Source: Dicyema japonicum (Eukaryota; Animalia; Dicyemida). From it: a stretch of DNA of 64,000 nt. Below, in pieces: positions 37,130-51,217 of this stretch. The translations under genes and the position numbers were made by a program. Where the stretch lies: contig RDEW01000011.1 in the NCBI GenBank assembly GCA_011109175.1, positions 1,360,209-1,424,208 on the forward strand, read 5' to 3'. Positions within the stretch are counted from its first letter, which is position 1. The number at the start of each line of letters is the position of its first letter. The notes under the pieces are model-generated. The model was given only the letters and a program-made list of their open reading frames with translations. It did not search any database and was not told where the DNA came from.

Positions 37130-38323
37130 CCTAAAACCGCACAGTTTTCAATGGAGTTGAAGGGAGCATAGATTGAATTCCGCCCACTACAGATGGATAT
37201 CGCCTGGGAATACAAAAAATCAAAAACATAAAAGGAGCTGTTTTGAATGTAGAAAATCTGAGAAAAATAATCTAAGTTTGATGATTTTGGTTCAACTATA
37301 ATTGTTGTCTACTGCACGTCGTAGGAGTTGATCCGGGAATAACGGAATCAAGAATAAACCAGATCAAGTACCTGTTTCGCATATTATTCGTCCACCTACG
37401 AAACAGTCTACTGTCGTAAATTCTCCATTAATGTATCTCCTCATCACGCATCGCTTATCATTTTTACCGGGAGAAGACCACGTGAGATATGTCTGTATAT
37501 TTAGGAATAAATATACAGTCAGATAATCCTCTACAGTCATGAAACGGTTGTTCGCCAGAAGTGAATGTTTTAAAAACCTTTTCTGGGAACAGTTCAATAT
37601 TATAGAATACCGTGAACTGCACAATTTTCAAATCCGTTTGGAATGAAAATATATCCGTTGTGTTAGCGACGACAGATCTGAGTTGAAGTCCCATAATCTC
37701 GATAGGCCTTATAGACATAGTTGGTGTGTGCCCGAAAGGTGAGCATGCTGTCGTAGGGGACTAAATATAATTGTAACTAAACTATTTATTATTTTGCCTG
37801 AAGTAATATTCAGTCCATTTGGAGAAATTTGGGCTGAAAATCAATCTGATTCTTACCATCTTCACAAATCCAATATCCTTTGTTATCCTCATCATCTGTC
37901 CTCCACAATCCATTAATTGCCATCATTGGACTCCTTCCCATCCGAAGGGGCGAGGATCATTGGGATCCAGTTAGAATATGTCTTAGAATGTATATCATTA
38001 ATACAATAATGGAATCTGTGTGTTCTACGTAAAATGCATCGGTATTTCTACCCATCCTATATACCCGAGTGTCTACACGATAACGCCTAAATAAGCGATA
38101 TGTAACTTGCTATGGCATCACTCTCTTGTTGGTCTTCAATATAGATAGTATACACATCCACATCACCACAATATCACGACGACATTATATAAGAGTGTTT
38201 ATTATGATTGTAGATCTGCCCAACCAATCTGCATCATTGAACGAAATTGCATCAACAGTCCAACTGAAGATAACTAAAATTTTTGTTTTGATTGAAACCT
38301 AATATTATCAGCCAAAAAGTCAT
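37130..38323 (-). pseudogene. Secreted protein with repeated C-type-lectin-like domains; several indels/stops (pseudogene or assembly errors)
   Basis: Signal-like MTFWLIILVIFSWTVDA after a 25-nt intron. Domain 1 IYIEDQQES...TYSNW...NGLWRT...WICE; domain 2 TYLTWSS...KRCVMRRYINGEFTTVDC...IICE; start of domain 3 YSQAISICS. Several 23-25 nt GT-AG introns. Confidence 0.55.
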
Positions 38324-39978
38324 TTTCTATAATATTTTAAATTTTCTTAAATACTAATTTTTATGGCATTTTTAGTGAACATTCTATTATTGAATTCTCT
38401 TTAGTAGTCAAAGACGTCTATTCCTTGAAATTGTGGAAACCGTCTGTTAGTGACACCAATTCATCCTCTGATAGGTTTCAGAAGAGAGGTGGAGAAGTAG
38501 GTCTACCTTTTTCAATCCACTTTTTTTAATTTCCATCGTTCGGGAATTAACTATAAACTCCCTTGTGAACGAAAAGTCACAGCCATATTGAGATTACGAC
38601 ATTAGTGCAGTCACCACCTCAACCATACAACAAACCAACCACTTAGCCAACTGTTAAGCTCATAAAATTCACAAATTATAGCAAATGATGTCATCGCAGA
38701 ATTAAAGAGTGCAACCTGAAAAATCAACAGCAACGTCAACCTCATTTAGTGTCCCATTACATAAGCTCCAATAGTCCATCTAACCCTCTCCCTCTTTGAG
38801 ACAATTTCCAATCTATGTCCCCTTAGAACGGTCCATGGACGTCATGGATCATCATAGAGTGTGAGGGATCCCGATAAGAACACTAATAGAAGATGAGGGG
38901 GATATTGGGAGATGCCAGGATCACCTAATGGTTATGTCTTTCTTGTTAAAGCTGCAGAGTCCCTCAAGTACTGAAAAAGATCACAAACTTTGAGACCCCC
39001 TAAAAGAAGAACTATGTGAATACAGGTAATGGATGGGAATGTTGGAAGAACACCGAAAATGTATTAAATCTGTGATGAGGAATGCCGAGGTCACATAACT
39101 AACAATGTACTCACATTAGTTATGTGACAATGTACTCACATTTTAATAAATGGGATTATTGATATCCTTCAGAAAACACTAAATATTCAGACAAAGTTCT
39201 GAACCGAAATTGTTTTGTAGGCAAAATATATTTTGAATTTACTTTAATCATCAAGAAAGTATAGTGATTAAAAATAACCGAGATACCATATGTCCTTTCT
39301 AAAGAGCCATTCTTGATTCTCATCCACGTCGGGTAGGACCTCCCCATCGTCGGTCTTGGGTCACTTAGTTTGGAATTTTCTCTTTTTCCTTTAACCCGGT
39401 GATCATGTGATAATAATTTTGCAAAGAAAATTAAAAAAAGTAAGGAAAGGAACCTAAGCCAAGGGAATTATAAATAAGTCATCAAACACTGGCTTCTTGC
39501 ATAAAGCATTGGACTTTTAATTAGCCAGTAAGATTTTTTATAGCCTTGGTTTCCTTTGATATCTACTAAAAGAGCAAGGAATTTATAGAGGCGGCTTTCG
39601 AAGATAGTCAGTTAAGTATTCATGCAAAATATTAGAGATGAAGTTTATATGGGGTCACTTTTCGAAGTTTGATGTACCGATTTCTATGTAATTTATGGGT
39701 CTTAATTCAAATAAAGACACGTTCCAACCTTCACAAACGGTTATTCGGTCTAAATTACAGAGTCTCCTCTGTTATTGGCTAAAAGAAACGATAATTCTAC
39801 CAAAAAATAATGATTCTTCACTTTCAGCCCTTCGACAGTGTAAACTTTATCTGCACAAAGTTACCAAAATTCGCTTATTACTAAATCAACTAAAACCTTA
39901 TCTAACAACTTAAAAAGCAAAAAACAAAACAGCCAATAACGAAGGTATATTAAACAGAAAGAGGTAAGAATTAACTAA

Positions 39979-41372
<1,394 letters not shown>

Positions 41373-41949
41373 TTTCGTTTAAAGAACAAGAAGAGAATAT
41401 TACTTGGAAACAAACACGAGTCTATTTGAAAATTTGAATTTTTTTATTAAAATTAAATTAAAATTAATTTAAATTTTAATTCTAATAACCGACTATTTCT
41501 GATAAAAGGTGCACAACCCAATTGTGTTGAAACTCAAAAGATCTATTTGTTTGTCAAGCTGTTCTACGAAGTTCAAGAACTATTCAAAGACAAACTGGAT
41601 TGGTTTCAGCACGTTTGTGGAAAGTTGTTTATCGGGCTTTCCTGTTGAAGACTTTCCTATTGACAAGGGAGCTCAGATATTAACCTAGATAACTGAGAGC
41701 CGACAGAATGTTTATCCCCCGATAGTCTTACAAAAATATTCAATCCGAAACTATCTTCGAAAATCCTAGAACGTGTGGCACCTTCTAGAAGACACTGAGA
41801 AGTATCAACAGTCTTATAATCTAAGATGGCAGCGGATTGAAGCCGTACCCCTATTTCCTCTACCTGCAAGGTACCTTGAAATAATCTTATGAAATACTAT
41901 GTGTCGATCAACCACAAGAATATCTCTCCCACTTTGCATGTCAAACAAT

Positions 41950-44880
41950 GTGGTCCACAACAGACGGCATATACTGCATTATTACTCCCTGTGATGTGGA
42001 AAAGACTATCAAATTTATACGACTCCTTTAACGCGAAAACGCACTTACGGACGGCTTTGGTGTCTACGATATGCAGAAAGCCTTCCACTCCTAACAAAAA
42101 ATATTCTATTTTTTCTACACGAATCCAGAAGATCTTGAGTAACATTAGACTCTCTAATGACGTTATCCAGTCACATGGAGGAAGTGTTAATCAAAGAACT
42201 TCTAAAGTTGAACGTCCTAACGCTATTATAAAAAAGAGCCCCTTCTCACCTAAAACTTGTATCAGCAAACTTTATTTTAATTTATTGTTCCGACAATTGA
42301 ATATGCCTGTTCTGCTTGGAAATTCCCTCTTCGAGGTCGAGTGTATAAACTCTCTCAGACGGAAGATCATGCGGGTAATCCTTAAAGCCTGCAGTGATAA
42401 GAGAAAATTGTACAAGAGTTTATAAATTGAAAATTGTGTACCACGAAAACTCATGCAATGAGAATTTGAAGTTCATATTAGAATAAACATCGTCAGCTAT
42501 GAACTAAGTTTTAAAAAATTCTATCAGGATAACTATATTCTTATCAGAAATGTCTCTTATTAAAATGATGAAAAAATGGTGGGTGATTTAACAAAATATA
42601 TAACAAAGCTGAAACCTAGAGAGAACATCCTAGGTGATGTTCATGTGGCTGTATTTGTTGATCAAAAACATGATGCCCATAATGTGAGGTTATATAAATG
42701 ATGAAGTCATCGTTTTCCAATATATAATTTTTCCACATTTTCTTTGTTTAAACTCCTCTCTATGATCCTATTTTTAAATTCATCCAAAAATCAGTATTGT
42801 TCATTTTGGAAAAAGACTTAGAAATGTTACTTTTTTAAACAGCCATTTTATTGAACTATTTTATCATAGTGCTTTCCATCTTCAAATATCATTTTACATT
42901 ATATGAGAATACAACAAATACCTCTCACTCTCTTCAAGGATAGTTTAGTCAAATCAATAATAAATTTATTGTATTTTCTCAGCAGAATAATATTTCATGA
43001 GTTTTGGTTTATTTACGTTTGACACAAACTCGCTTTCCAGACTCTATGATTATCAAACAAATAAGAATTTTACTCTTGGTGTCATAAAAAATCAAAACAG
43101 CAAGCAAAAAATTAAATTAATCAAATAAATCAGTATTATATTTCGAACTTATCATTAAAATTTAGAAATTTATTTTAAATATAAATTAAAATCCGAATTC
43201 TTAACTGTAAGCAAATTTTTCTGAGATAAAAGACGAGTGAAGGGTTTTGTTTGCAAATTAATAAAAATGTTTTCTTTAAAAAACAATCTCAGTTGGATGG
43301 AAGATTAATTTGATAAATGTTAATATATAAAGAAAAATTTAGTGACAAATAAATGAGCAACAAATCATTCAGAATAACCGATATTATGGGATGGGGGGTA
43401 TATTCTAATTTAATGAGAAGGATGATAATAGACAAAATGACGATAATTCTTCAAAATACACATCCTTTCGTTTATGTGACATTTTAGGATGGAATGTAAT
43501 TTATTAGTAATTAAAGGAAAATAATAATTCTGCGGACAACAATCCACCAAATCCTTAAATAATTATCTCTAATCATTAAGCTCTAATAAATACTTTATTC
43601 ACTTGACAATTCATAGCATCATTATTAAATCAACGTTATTATCTCAACAACCTTGTAATACGGGACAGTTACCTTAATCCATGGTTTAATGACCTATTCA
43701 TATTGTGTTACACCACCACTTGATTGGTAAATGATATGTCTTTTTTCACCTCAAACCATAGACTGAATGGCTGACTCGTAGTTTTAATTTTAAAAAAGTC
43801 AGGAACAGGAATTGATCCGTTGTTATCTGTCTGAAAGTTTTCAAAGTAGAAATGTAATTCCCTTTGTAATATTACTTTTTTAAATTATAATGGATCTTAT
43901 AAAAGATTTTTTGTGTTTAATCTATTTATCTAAATTGAATTATTTGTCAGGACCTAGAGACCTCTCAATCGTAGCTAGGAAGATTTTTTGTGATGTGGAC
44001 AAGACTATCAAATTTTTACGTTCCACCATAGCCTGTGGCCAGTCGGTGTCTGTGCTATTCACCTCAAGCATCTACGACTTCAAGCACATACCGTGTCATC
44101 GAGGCTATACAACTATTCTATCAATTCCCATGTAATACCAAATAGAGTAAACCTCTCTAATCAGCAATTTTTTGAACCGGCCAAACACCTCAATCAGGTG
44201 CGTGATTGACTATTCCTGAATTTGCTGTCTGTGTCTGCATCCATGTCTCAGTTCACCCTATTTACTATGGACAGGAGATTTAAAGGTAAACTTAAGATAT
44301 TTATCGTAAACATTCACATTCCTAATACGCGAATCCAGAAGATCTTTGGAGTGACATTCGACTCTTATGACGTTCTCCAGTCACACGGAGGAAGTATTAA
44401 CCAAGGGTCTTCGAAAATGGAATGTCCTAAAAGCTATCATAAAAAAGAGTCCCTTCCCACCTACTCCTTGTATTAGCAAACTATATCTTCAAGTTATTGT
44501 GTCGACGATTAAATATGGCTGTTCTGCTTGGAGATCCACTATTCCTTATGAACTTTCTCAGGCGAAAGATTATACGACATATTTAATAGACAGCTATCCA
44601 TCCATAGTCTTTTTCAGATATGGCGACGTTGAGAAATGGCAAGGCTTCCTACGTATCTGCAAGGAGCTAGGAAACTCATTCAGAAAAAGGGCGGTCCATG
44701 CGGAAAAATTCACATCGGCAATAAAAAAAGTTCACTCCGATAGAATTCCTCTGCACGTAAGAGAAGACACTTTAGGATTGCTGGCAGAGCATTCGAAGAG
44801 AATTCGAGAAATGCTGGAGGCTGGGATCACTTACTTAGTGAGTTAACACTTTTTTGGTGGTCTTGGGGTTTATAAATAAA
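41950..44880 (+). mobile_element. Two related decayed LINE RT fragments (about 41950-42450 and 43950-44880) flanking an unassigned AT-rich block
   Basis: 42110-42330 and 44325-44550 are homologous (KIFGVTFDS..TFSSH, KYGCSAW). Confidence 0.6.
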
Positions 44881-46029
44881 TTAGAAAGGTGCAGGATGTC
44901 CGCTCTATCGGCCAGTTCTCTGTCTAGTACGTACTTGTGGAGGTCACTGTTAAACATCACTTAGTTCTTGTTTTTAACAGCAATCTTGGATCAATAAATA
45001 AGTTAAACATCCATCTATTATCCACATGTTTAACCTTTGGAAATCATTTACTCCACATAGGAATTAACTGCCAACTGATCTTTATTCCCGCTCTCCTCAT
45101 GCAAATTAGTCATTTTTTCTATATCCGCATTTAATGTATTCTCATAATGTTAAATTAAAATCGATTTCTAAGTAATTTATGTATTTTGTGGACCTTAACG
45201 CTGTTATTTATTATTTATTTCCCCCGGACCCTTCAAGTAAAGAAACCGGTGGCTAACAAAAACGTTACAGCCAAGATCGGACGCAGCCAGAACTCTGTTA
45301 TTCCAGCCTATTGGTTAAATGATAGTAATTGAAATAAGGCTTTACGTTAATTGTGGGCATAACCTTATTTGGTATTCTTGGATCTTTCCTCTTCCAGCCT
45401 CTTGGATAAAATAACAAATTCAGAAAACCATGGGATGAATTCTCTGATAAAAGAAACATGGATGTCGTTATAGATTGGATCTTAATAATAATAGCTATTG
45501 AATGGTTCAGACATCAAACCATTTTAGACACCATTTTTAGTCCAAAATATAATCTCTCTTCAAGGCCTTTACTGAACCTATTTTAAAGAATAATTTGGAC
45601 TCCACGATTACCTCCGACCCTTCGTAGCATATCTACTAAGTGCCACGTGCTATATGAATTTGTCTGCATGACCAAATACTTATCGCTAAAGCGACTAAGA
45701 TGGTGATAAAACTCTCAAAGAACGTCTACGAATCACAATTGGGCGACTCAATTCCAGACCCATGTTGAAGGAGAAAGTTTATATCAGGAAAGTTTGACTA
45801 TAATTTTTTTGGCGTATATTATGTGATTAGTTCAACCACTAAGAATTCTAAAATAGTTGTTGTTAATCTGCCGTTTTAATTTGATGGTCAATGGTAAGCT
45901 TGCAAGTTGGTGACCACGGTATTACTTTCCATCGCCATGAAGTCATCTCCCTTGTAATTAAAAAGTGGGTTTAATATTGAAAACCAGGATTAATTTTATA
46001 TAGCATTCTATCTTCTATATCACTTAAAT

Positions 46030-46290
46030 ACCTGGGAGTTCGATTCCAACACCGCTACCCACCGTTCTAACTCTGCCTTCTTTTTCAAAACCTGTCAGTT
46101 AGTCCACCGTCTCAGGAGACGCCAAATTCCTAGAAGGGATCATAAAAGAATCTATCTCTTCCCTACTCCACTGGAAGGGTTCCCACAATGGGGATATGGG
46201 TGGACAGATGCTTGGACAGGATGTGTCTCTCTCCAATCGTGATAACTTTATTCTGGTCGATTGCGGGGGAGAATTGAGCTCTGGATAGAA
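46030..46290 (+). mobile_element. Degraded tRNA-derived SINE, same family as 51218-51610
   Basis: B box GTTCGATTCC; shared blocks TTA.TCCAC...AGAC, TCTCTTCCCTACT, GTTCCCACAA, GATATGG.TGGAC. Confidence 0.65.
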
Positions 46291-46605
46291 TTTTGATGAA
46301 TTTGAATTTCGATTACGAAAATGTTCAATCGTGCAAATTTTAATGAACCACAAAGCTGGAATGTGGTTTGAATGTCGGTGATGTTGCCTAGGAACTTTGA
46401 AATGCATGAAAAACTGAATTTTATAATTTTGTTGCAAGGTTAAGAATTTCAACAAAAAAGCACATAAAGTCATCAAATTTCAGTTTTAAACAAAAATAAA
46501 ATTATTAATAACAAAATTGTATTTATATGAATATAAAATTATATTTGTATTAATTGGAACTAATTAAATTTTTGCCAAAATTGTGCAGGGATTGAATCGA
46601 ATCCG

Positions 46606-48032
46606 TTATAATATTGGCCTTGGAACATTTGATTTGGCTGAATGTCCAGTGTTCTGGGGAGAGCTATGACTAAAAATGAGTGAATCGGACCAACCAGCTG
46701 AATTCAGAGAATTTTTAGTAAAAAAGTCATTATCAGCGCTGAAAAGGTTATATTTGTTGATTTCTTGCGGATTGTAAGCTTTCAGGATATCCTGAGTCTC
46801 CAGGTCGGTCTTCGCCAATAGTTCAAGTTGTAGTGGGGATTGTTGAAGGAGTTGACTGGGAAATATCTCAACAGATTACCGTTTACGAACTGATTGAAGT
46901 ATTCAGGAACCCCAGGATCCACAGTTGAGGAGGTCGCCTCCTCTAGGTAGCTGTATTGAGGATATATTTGTCTACGTTAGTCACAAATTTACTGAGTTGG
47001 AGTGTTCCGAGAAAATGTGTGCATTCCAAATTGGTCGTTCATTTCGTAGTTTGGGAGGGAATATTGATTTTCCGAGACATCTTTATTCATCTTCCCCTCA
47101 CGTCTCCACTTGGCTCTCCGATTAGAGAACCAGACCTAGGATTATGTGATCTAATAATACTTGAATCCTTGCTTCGGGGATCTGCAGTTTCTCGGCTATT
47201 CGCTCTCGAATACTGATGTCCGGGTAATGGGACTTTTGAAACTCTGGGAGTTATTTTGGATGATACCCTCGTCCATGATTTTAAGCTGAATGGCGGAAAA
47301 CGAGGTTCTGTTTCTCTGTGCCTTCTTTTTCGCAGAAACATTAGCCAAAGTCCTGTCTAAGTAGCTCGTGTGAGTATTATTTGTGGAGGAATCGTCAAAA
47401 ATCTGCTGGTTGATCCCCCAATTGTAGTCATTTGGCTGAGAGATTGAATTTAGGGAGTTATTAGCGAAAATGGACGATTGAGTAGAGTTTGAATCTTTAA
47501 TTTTGCTGATACTAAAGTTCCTCAGTACTCTGTTAATGGAAGAGATCTATTTTTAGTAACAACGACAAACGCTGGGGACATTTTCTGAGTTGCAAACTCT
47601 CTCATTGACTAAGCGGTCCCTGATTTCCCATGCGAATATGGATGGACAGTCCCTCTTGTACCTTGCGATGTGTTGAATTACATGAACAGTTGCGACACGT
47701 GGTTTACTCCCACCAATCGTTCAAAACATCCCGTTTCGTGGTATCGACATAAAATCTTGGAGACACAGCCATTGGAAACTTGAAGAATCCTCGATATATC
47801 GCAGGCCCTGGCTCCACTATAAGCCAGCTTGATTATCTCCTGTCTGGTCTTGTTGGGGAGAGGTCTACCATTCACAAAGTTCCCTCCCAACTGATTTGTC
47901 CCATGGTGGCTTTTTCGAACTCTCCGTTTGTCTAAATTAAATGCAAAACAAACTGTCTCTTCCATCCGACGCCGAATCCTGACTTTCCTCGATGACCTCG
48001 TTATGGGGGAAGACTTCGTTCTGTTCACCCAT
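46606..48032 (-). CDS. PAX6: Pax6 (paired domain and paired-type homeodomain); 3' end uncertain (stop at 46782 or 46606); frame break near 47720
   Basis: ATG 48032; introns 47932-47953 (22), 47547-47570 (24), 47244-47266 (23), 47136-47160 (25), 46972-46992 (21). Paired domain [14 protein letters not shown]...[17 protein letters not shown] has the Pax6-specific I42/Q44/N47, then [13 protein letters not shown]. Homeodomain QRNRTSFS...HYPD...[18 protein letters not shown] (S50). Confidence 0.95.
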
Positions 48033-49119
48033 GCCTTAAATAGTAAAACGAAGCATATTAATCGGTGATCGTATTTATTGAGCAGGTAATAATTAACATA
48101 ATCAGTTTTACAGTAAAGTGACTTACAGTGCTGTAGATCTTCCAATTGAATTAATTCAGTTATTTTATGTCAATTCGTTTAGTACGTTTTTCGCTCGATT
48201 TGGTGGCTAATCGACAGAAATTGTAATTCACAGTTTTGAAGGGGAAATTTATTTTGAAGGAGATTTCTCTGTCAAAAGAAGTCACGATTCGCCCAAACCA
48301 CTTCCTTGATTAAGCTGATATTTTAGACTCATGTTGACTGTTTAATAACTATGACAGCTGAATTGCCAATTTAACGCACCGGGGAGCAAAATCTGATGAC
48401 AGAATCATTCACATGCTTTTATTCCCTACGTCAATCAAAATTATTCTGTAACTATAGTTCACTAATCATCATATTTGACAGTCTACTGGACTAAGTTGGT
48501 CTTTCGTCAAATTATTTCCTCGGGCACTCTTTAGAATCCACCAATTATTCCGTCCACGTGACAAAATTGGTCTTCTGATATAGTTTTACCTAATTTTCAA
48601 ACGAAATGGCAGTTCGACGACTAATTTGTCTGTCAGGGAAAAACAGGTCGGTTCTTAGTTGACATAATAACCGTTCAAGTTCAGTTTTTTCTTACAAATG
48701 TGACCTACGGAAGTGACTCAACCTTACCTGCTGAATTAGTCATTTGGGCTTCCTAATCTCCTTCAAATTCAGTATTTCAAATATACACGGAAATGAAACT
48801 TTGAGAAGGAGATGGAAGTTAAAACTTAGTCCGTTTCTTTATTCTCTCATGACGGATACAAACCATGGTTCGTTGAAACTGCGATTCAGAAGACATTGGA
48901 TAACCAAAGTAGCCCAAATAGACGTGTTGAATCCCATCTACTCCAAGTTGAAGAACCCTTAACAGAGATATGTCCCCTGAAATGTACCAAGGGAATTATT
49001 AGTTAAATTATTCTTGATGATTCTGTTCGCTAATCACTTTCACCCCTCTATTTGAGGCCGGACTCTTGAAATCACCAAGGTTTCTTTGGTTGGGGTGGTG
49101 ACGTCGATGGACGATTCTA

Positions 49120-50300
49120 ATAGGATTTTTATTTAGCCTTAAATGTCAGAGGTCTAAATGACTGGTCGAAGAGGCATCTAATATGTCATGACCGGCCAAA
49201 TACCGAGGTTCAGTCTAATACCTTCAAAAGACAAATGTAAAAGAAGGCCTCGATGAATGTCATGGGAGTGCATAATTCTACTTCCTTCTGACAACAGACA
49301 CTGTGGACGCGGCTTACCATTCTGACTATACAGCAGATTCCAGGAATAATGACAGATTCGATCTAAAAGATTGATGTTCGTCGTCCCTTAGAATGATACC
49401 GATTCATTTCAGATTAAACCCAATTCATGGATAAAATTCTCTTCCTCCGTGGATACTTGGTTAAAAGCTTCTCTTCCTTTCCCCCGTTTCTCTTTCATTC
49501 ACTAAAGTGATGTAACGTGTCCCACATGTCTCAAGTGGCGTCCAGATGGCACAAAAGGATCGTATTTAATAGCACCCCCGATTGATGTTAAATTCCCATC
49601 TTCCTGGCCTTAATGACTTTTATGAGCCTGTCAGATAATTAATTTCACTTTCTCGAGTACTTGTCGTGTGATTGCTTTTTGAGTAAACACTCAGTATTTG
49701 ACATTTCTGCGGTTTTATCAAGACTTTGTCTAAAACGGCTATCAGGGTTTTGAGTAAGCATAATGAGTTCTGGTAGACAGTCCTGTAAATTTATGTGGTC
49801 AAACGAAAAAATTAATCCTACTCACTTTTCCCATTTCCATGTCACTAACGATTTGGGGGACATTGGGGTTTTTGAGTATTCGTTCAAGGAAGACGTGACG
49901 GAATGTGTTTAGCTGCCTCGATGTTATGTATTTTAAACAATGTAAAGCCACCAGAAGCTGCAAGTTAATATTTATGATGATATTCGCTTAACCACGTGGT
50001 TTGATTAAATCTATGAATAGGTGGTATCACCTCTACTTCCAGGATTTGTTTTCTGGTCCCCAAGTTAGAAGAAGTAGATCAATTCGAGGTGAGGTTTTTT
50101 GGTAATTCGATGTTAGGGACAAATAGGGTGAGCTTCAAGCTGGAAGAGGTCGAAATTTGGCTTGAGGAATAAATTTTGATATTCTGAAAGATCAGAACTT
50201 TGAATAGTAGGTAACTAAATGATTATATACTTTTGATGGAGGACAGCTTCCAAACCTTGATTTGACCACCAAATGACCTTAAATTTTCATCATCTTCTTA
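49120..50300 (+). mobile_element. Heavily decayed L1/Tx1-like LINE
   Basis: ALNVRGLND endonuclease start near 49135; scattered RT-like remnants after it. Confidence 0.4.
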
Positions 50301-50709
50301 CTCGAGACTTTCTTCCGAACTTCGATTTGATGATTAATATCATCAACGCTTCACTCTAAAATAGAAATTCTAACAATCGGGGACACTAAGTTTACCAAAA
50401 TGATGTGGACTCCAATGGAAGAGAGGGGACAGCGAAAAATTCACTTTTCCTCTCCAAACCTGAAAAGGGGTATCGTGGACACAGTAAAGACGGTCAGGTA
50501 CACACAAACTTTGCGGTGAGACTGTTGGCAATTACAAGGGTCTTTGTTGAAGATCCCTAAACAATTTGGCTCGATGTAGAGAGTGTCCAAGACCGTATCC
50601 CGGAGAAAAGGCTCGGACTTTATAGACACATAAGCCGTAGGGACCACTTTACTTTGGAAGATTTAAGTTTTCGAAAACCGCCAAAAATAGAAAAGGGAAA
50701 TTCAAATAT

Positions 50710-51123
50710 TCAGGAGAAATCATTAAACATTTTTTCAGCCGGGATTTGGTTATTGAGATCACTTCCAAGCTTAAGAAATGAAATGATTGCTGCCCGGTCC
50801 TCGTAGTTTAGTCCCTTAATTTTCTTCTTACTCCCTGGAATGTAAGACTTAGGATCCTCCAAGTAGGGGTCCAGCGTGGCTTCACTCCAAATAATATCTG
50901 GCATTAAATTTAAAATAACCCTTTTCTTTGTGGGCTTCAGAAAATGCATAATTTTCGCAAGTCCCGGCCCTTCGACCGAAGATTCCGTTCAAGTTTGGTC
51001 CGTATTTATGGGGACCTTTAGCGTGGATGTTGTGACAGTGGGAACAATATTTGATAAACAAATCACGTCCACGTTTGTAATTATTCTATATTTACCCAAT
51101 TTTATACAAACTAGATCGGACAT
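50710..51123 (-). CDS. Cytochrome c (class I, mitochondrial type), 121 aa, divergent: Lys at the Met80 position
   Basis: Introns 51086-51111 (26 nt) and 50898-50919 (22 nt) give MSDLNNYKRGRDLFIKYCSHCHNIHAKGPHKYGPNLNGIFGRRAGTCENYAFSEAHKEKDIIWSEATLDPYLEDPKSYIPGSKKKIKGLNYEDRAAIISFLKLGSDLNNQIPAEKMFNDFS*. Motifs CXXCH, GPNL.G..GR, W59, YL..PK.YIPG are present. Confidence 0.93.
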
Positions 51124-51217
51124 GTCAACTCAAAATCGATTAAATATTAAAATTATTATTTTATTAATTTTTATTTTAATATTTTATCAAAATGCATATA
51201 TCGATGAAAAGGATTAC

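Noticed and set aside
47960-48145. ORF-track N-terminus of Pax6 (MEDLQHCK...)
   Set aside because: It starts at a non-ATG codon and reads through the 22-nt intron 47932-47953. The spliced frame from ATG 48032 is more plausible.
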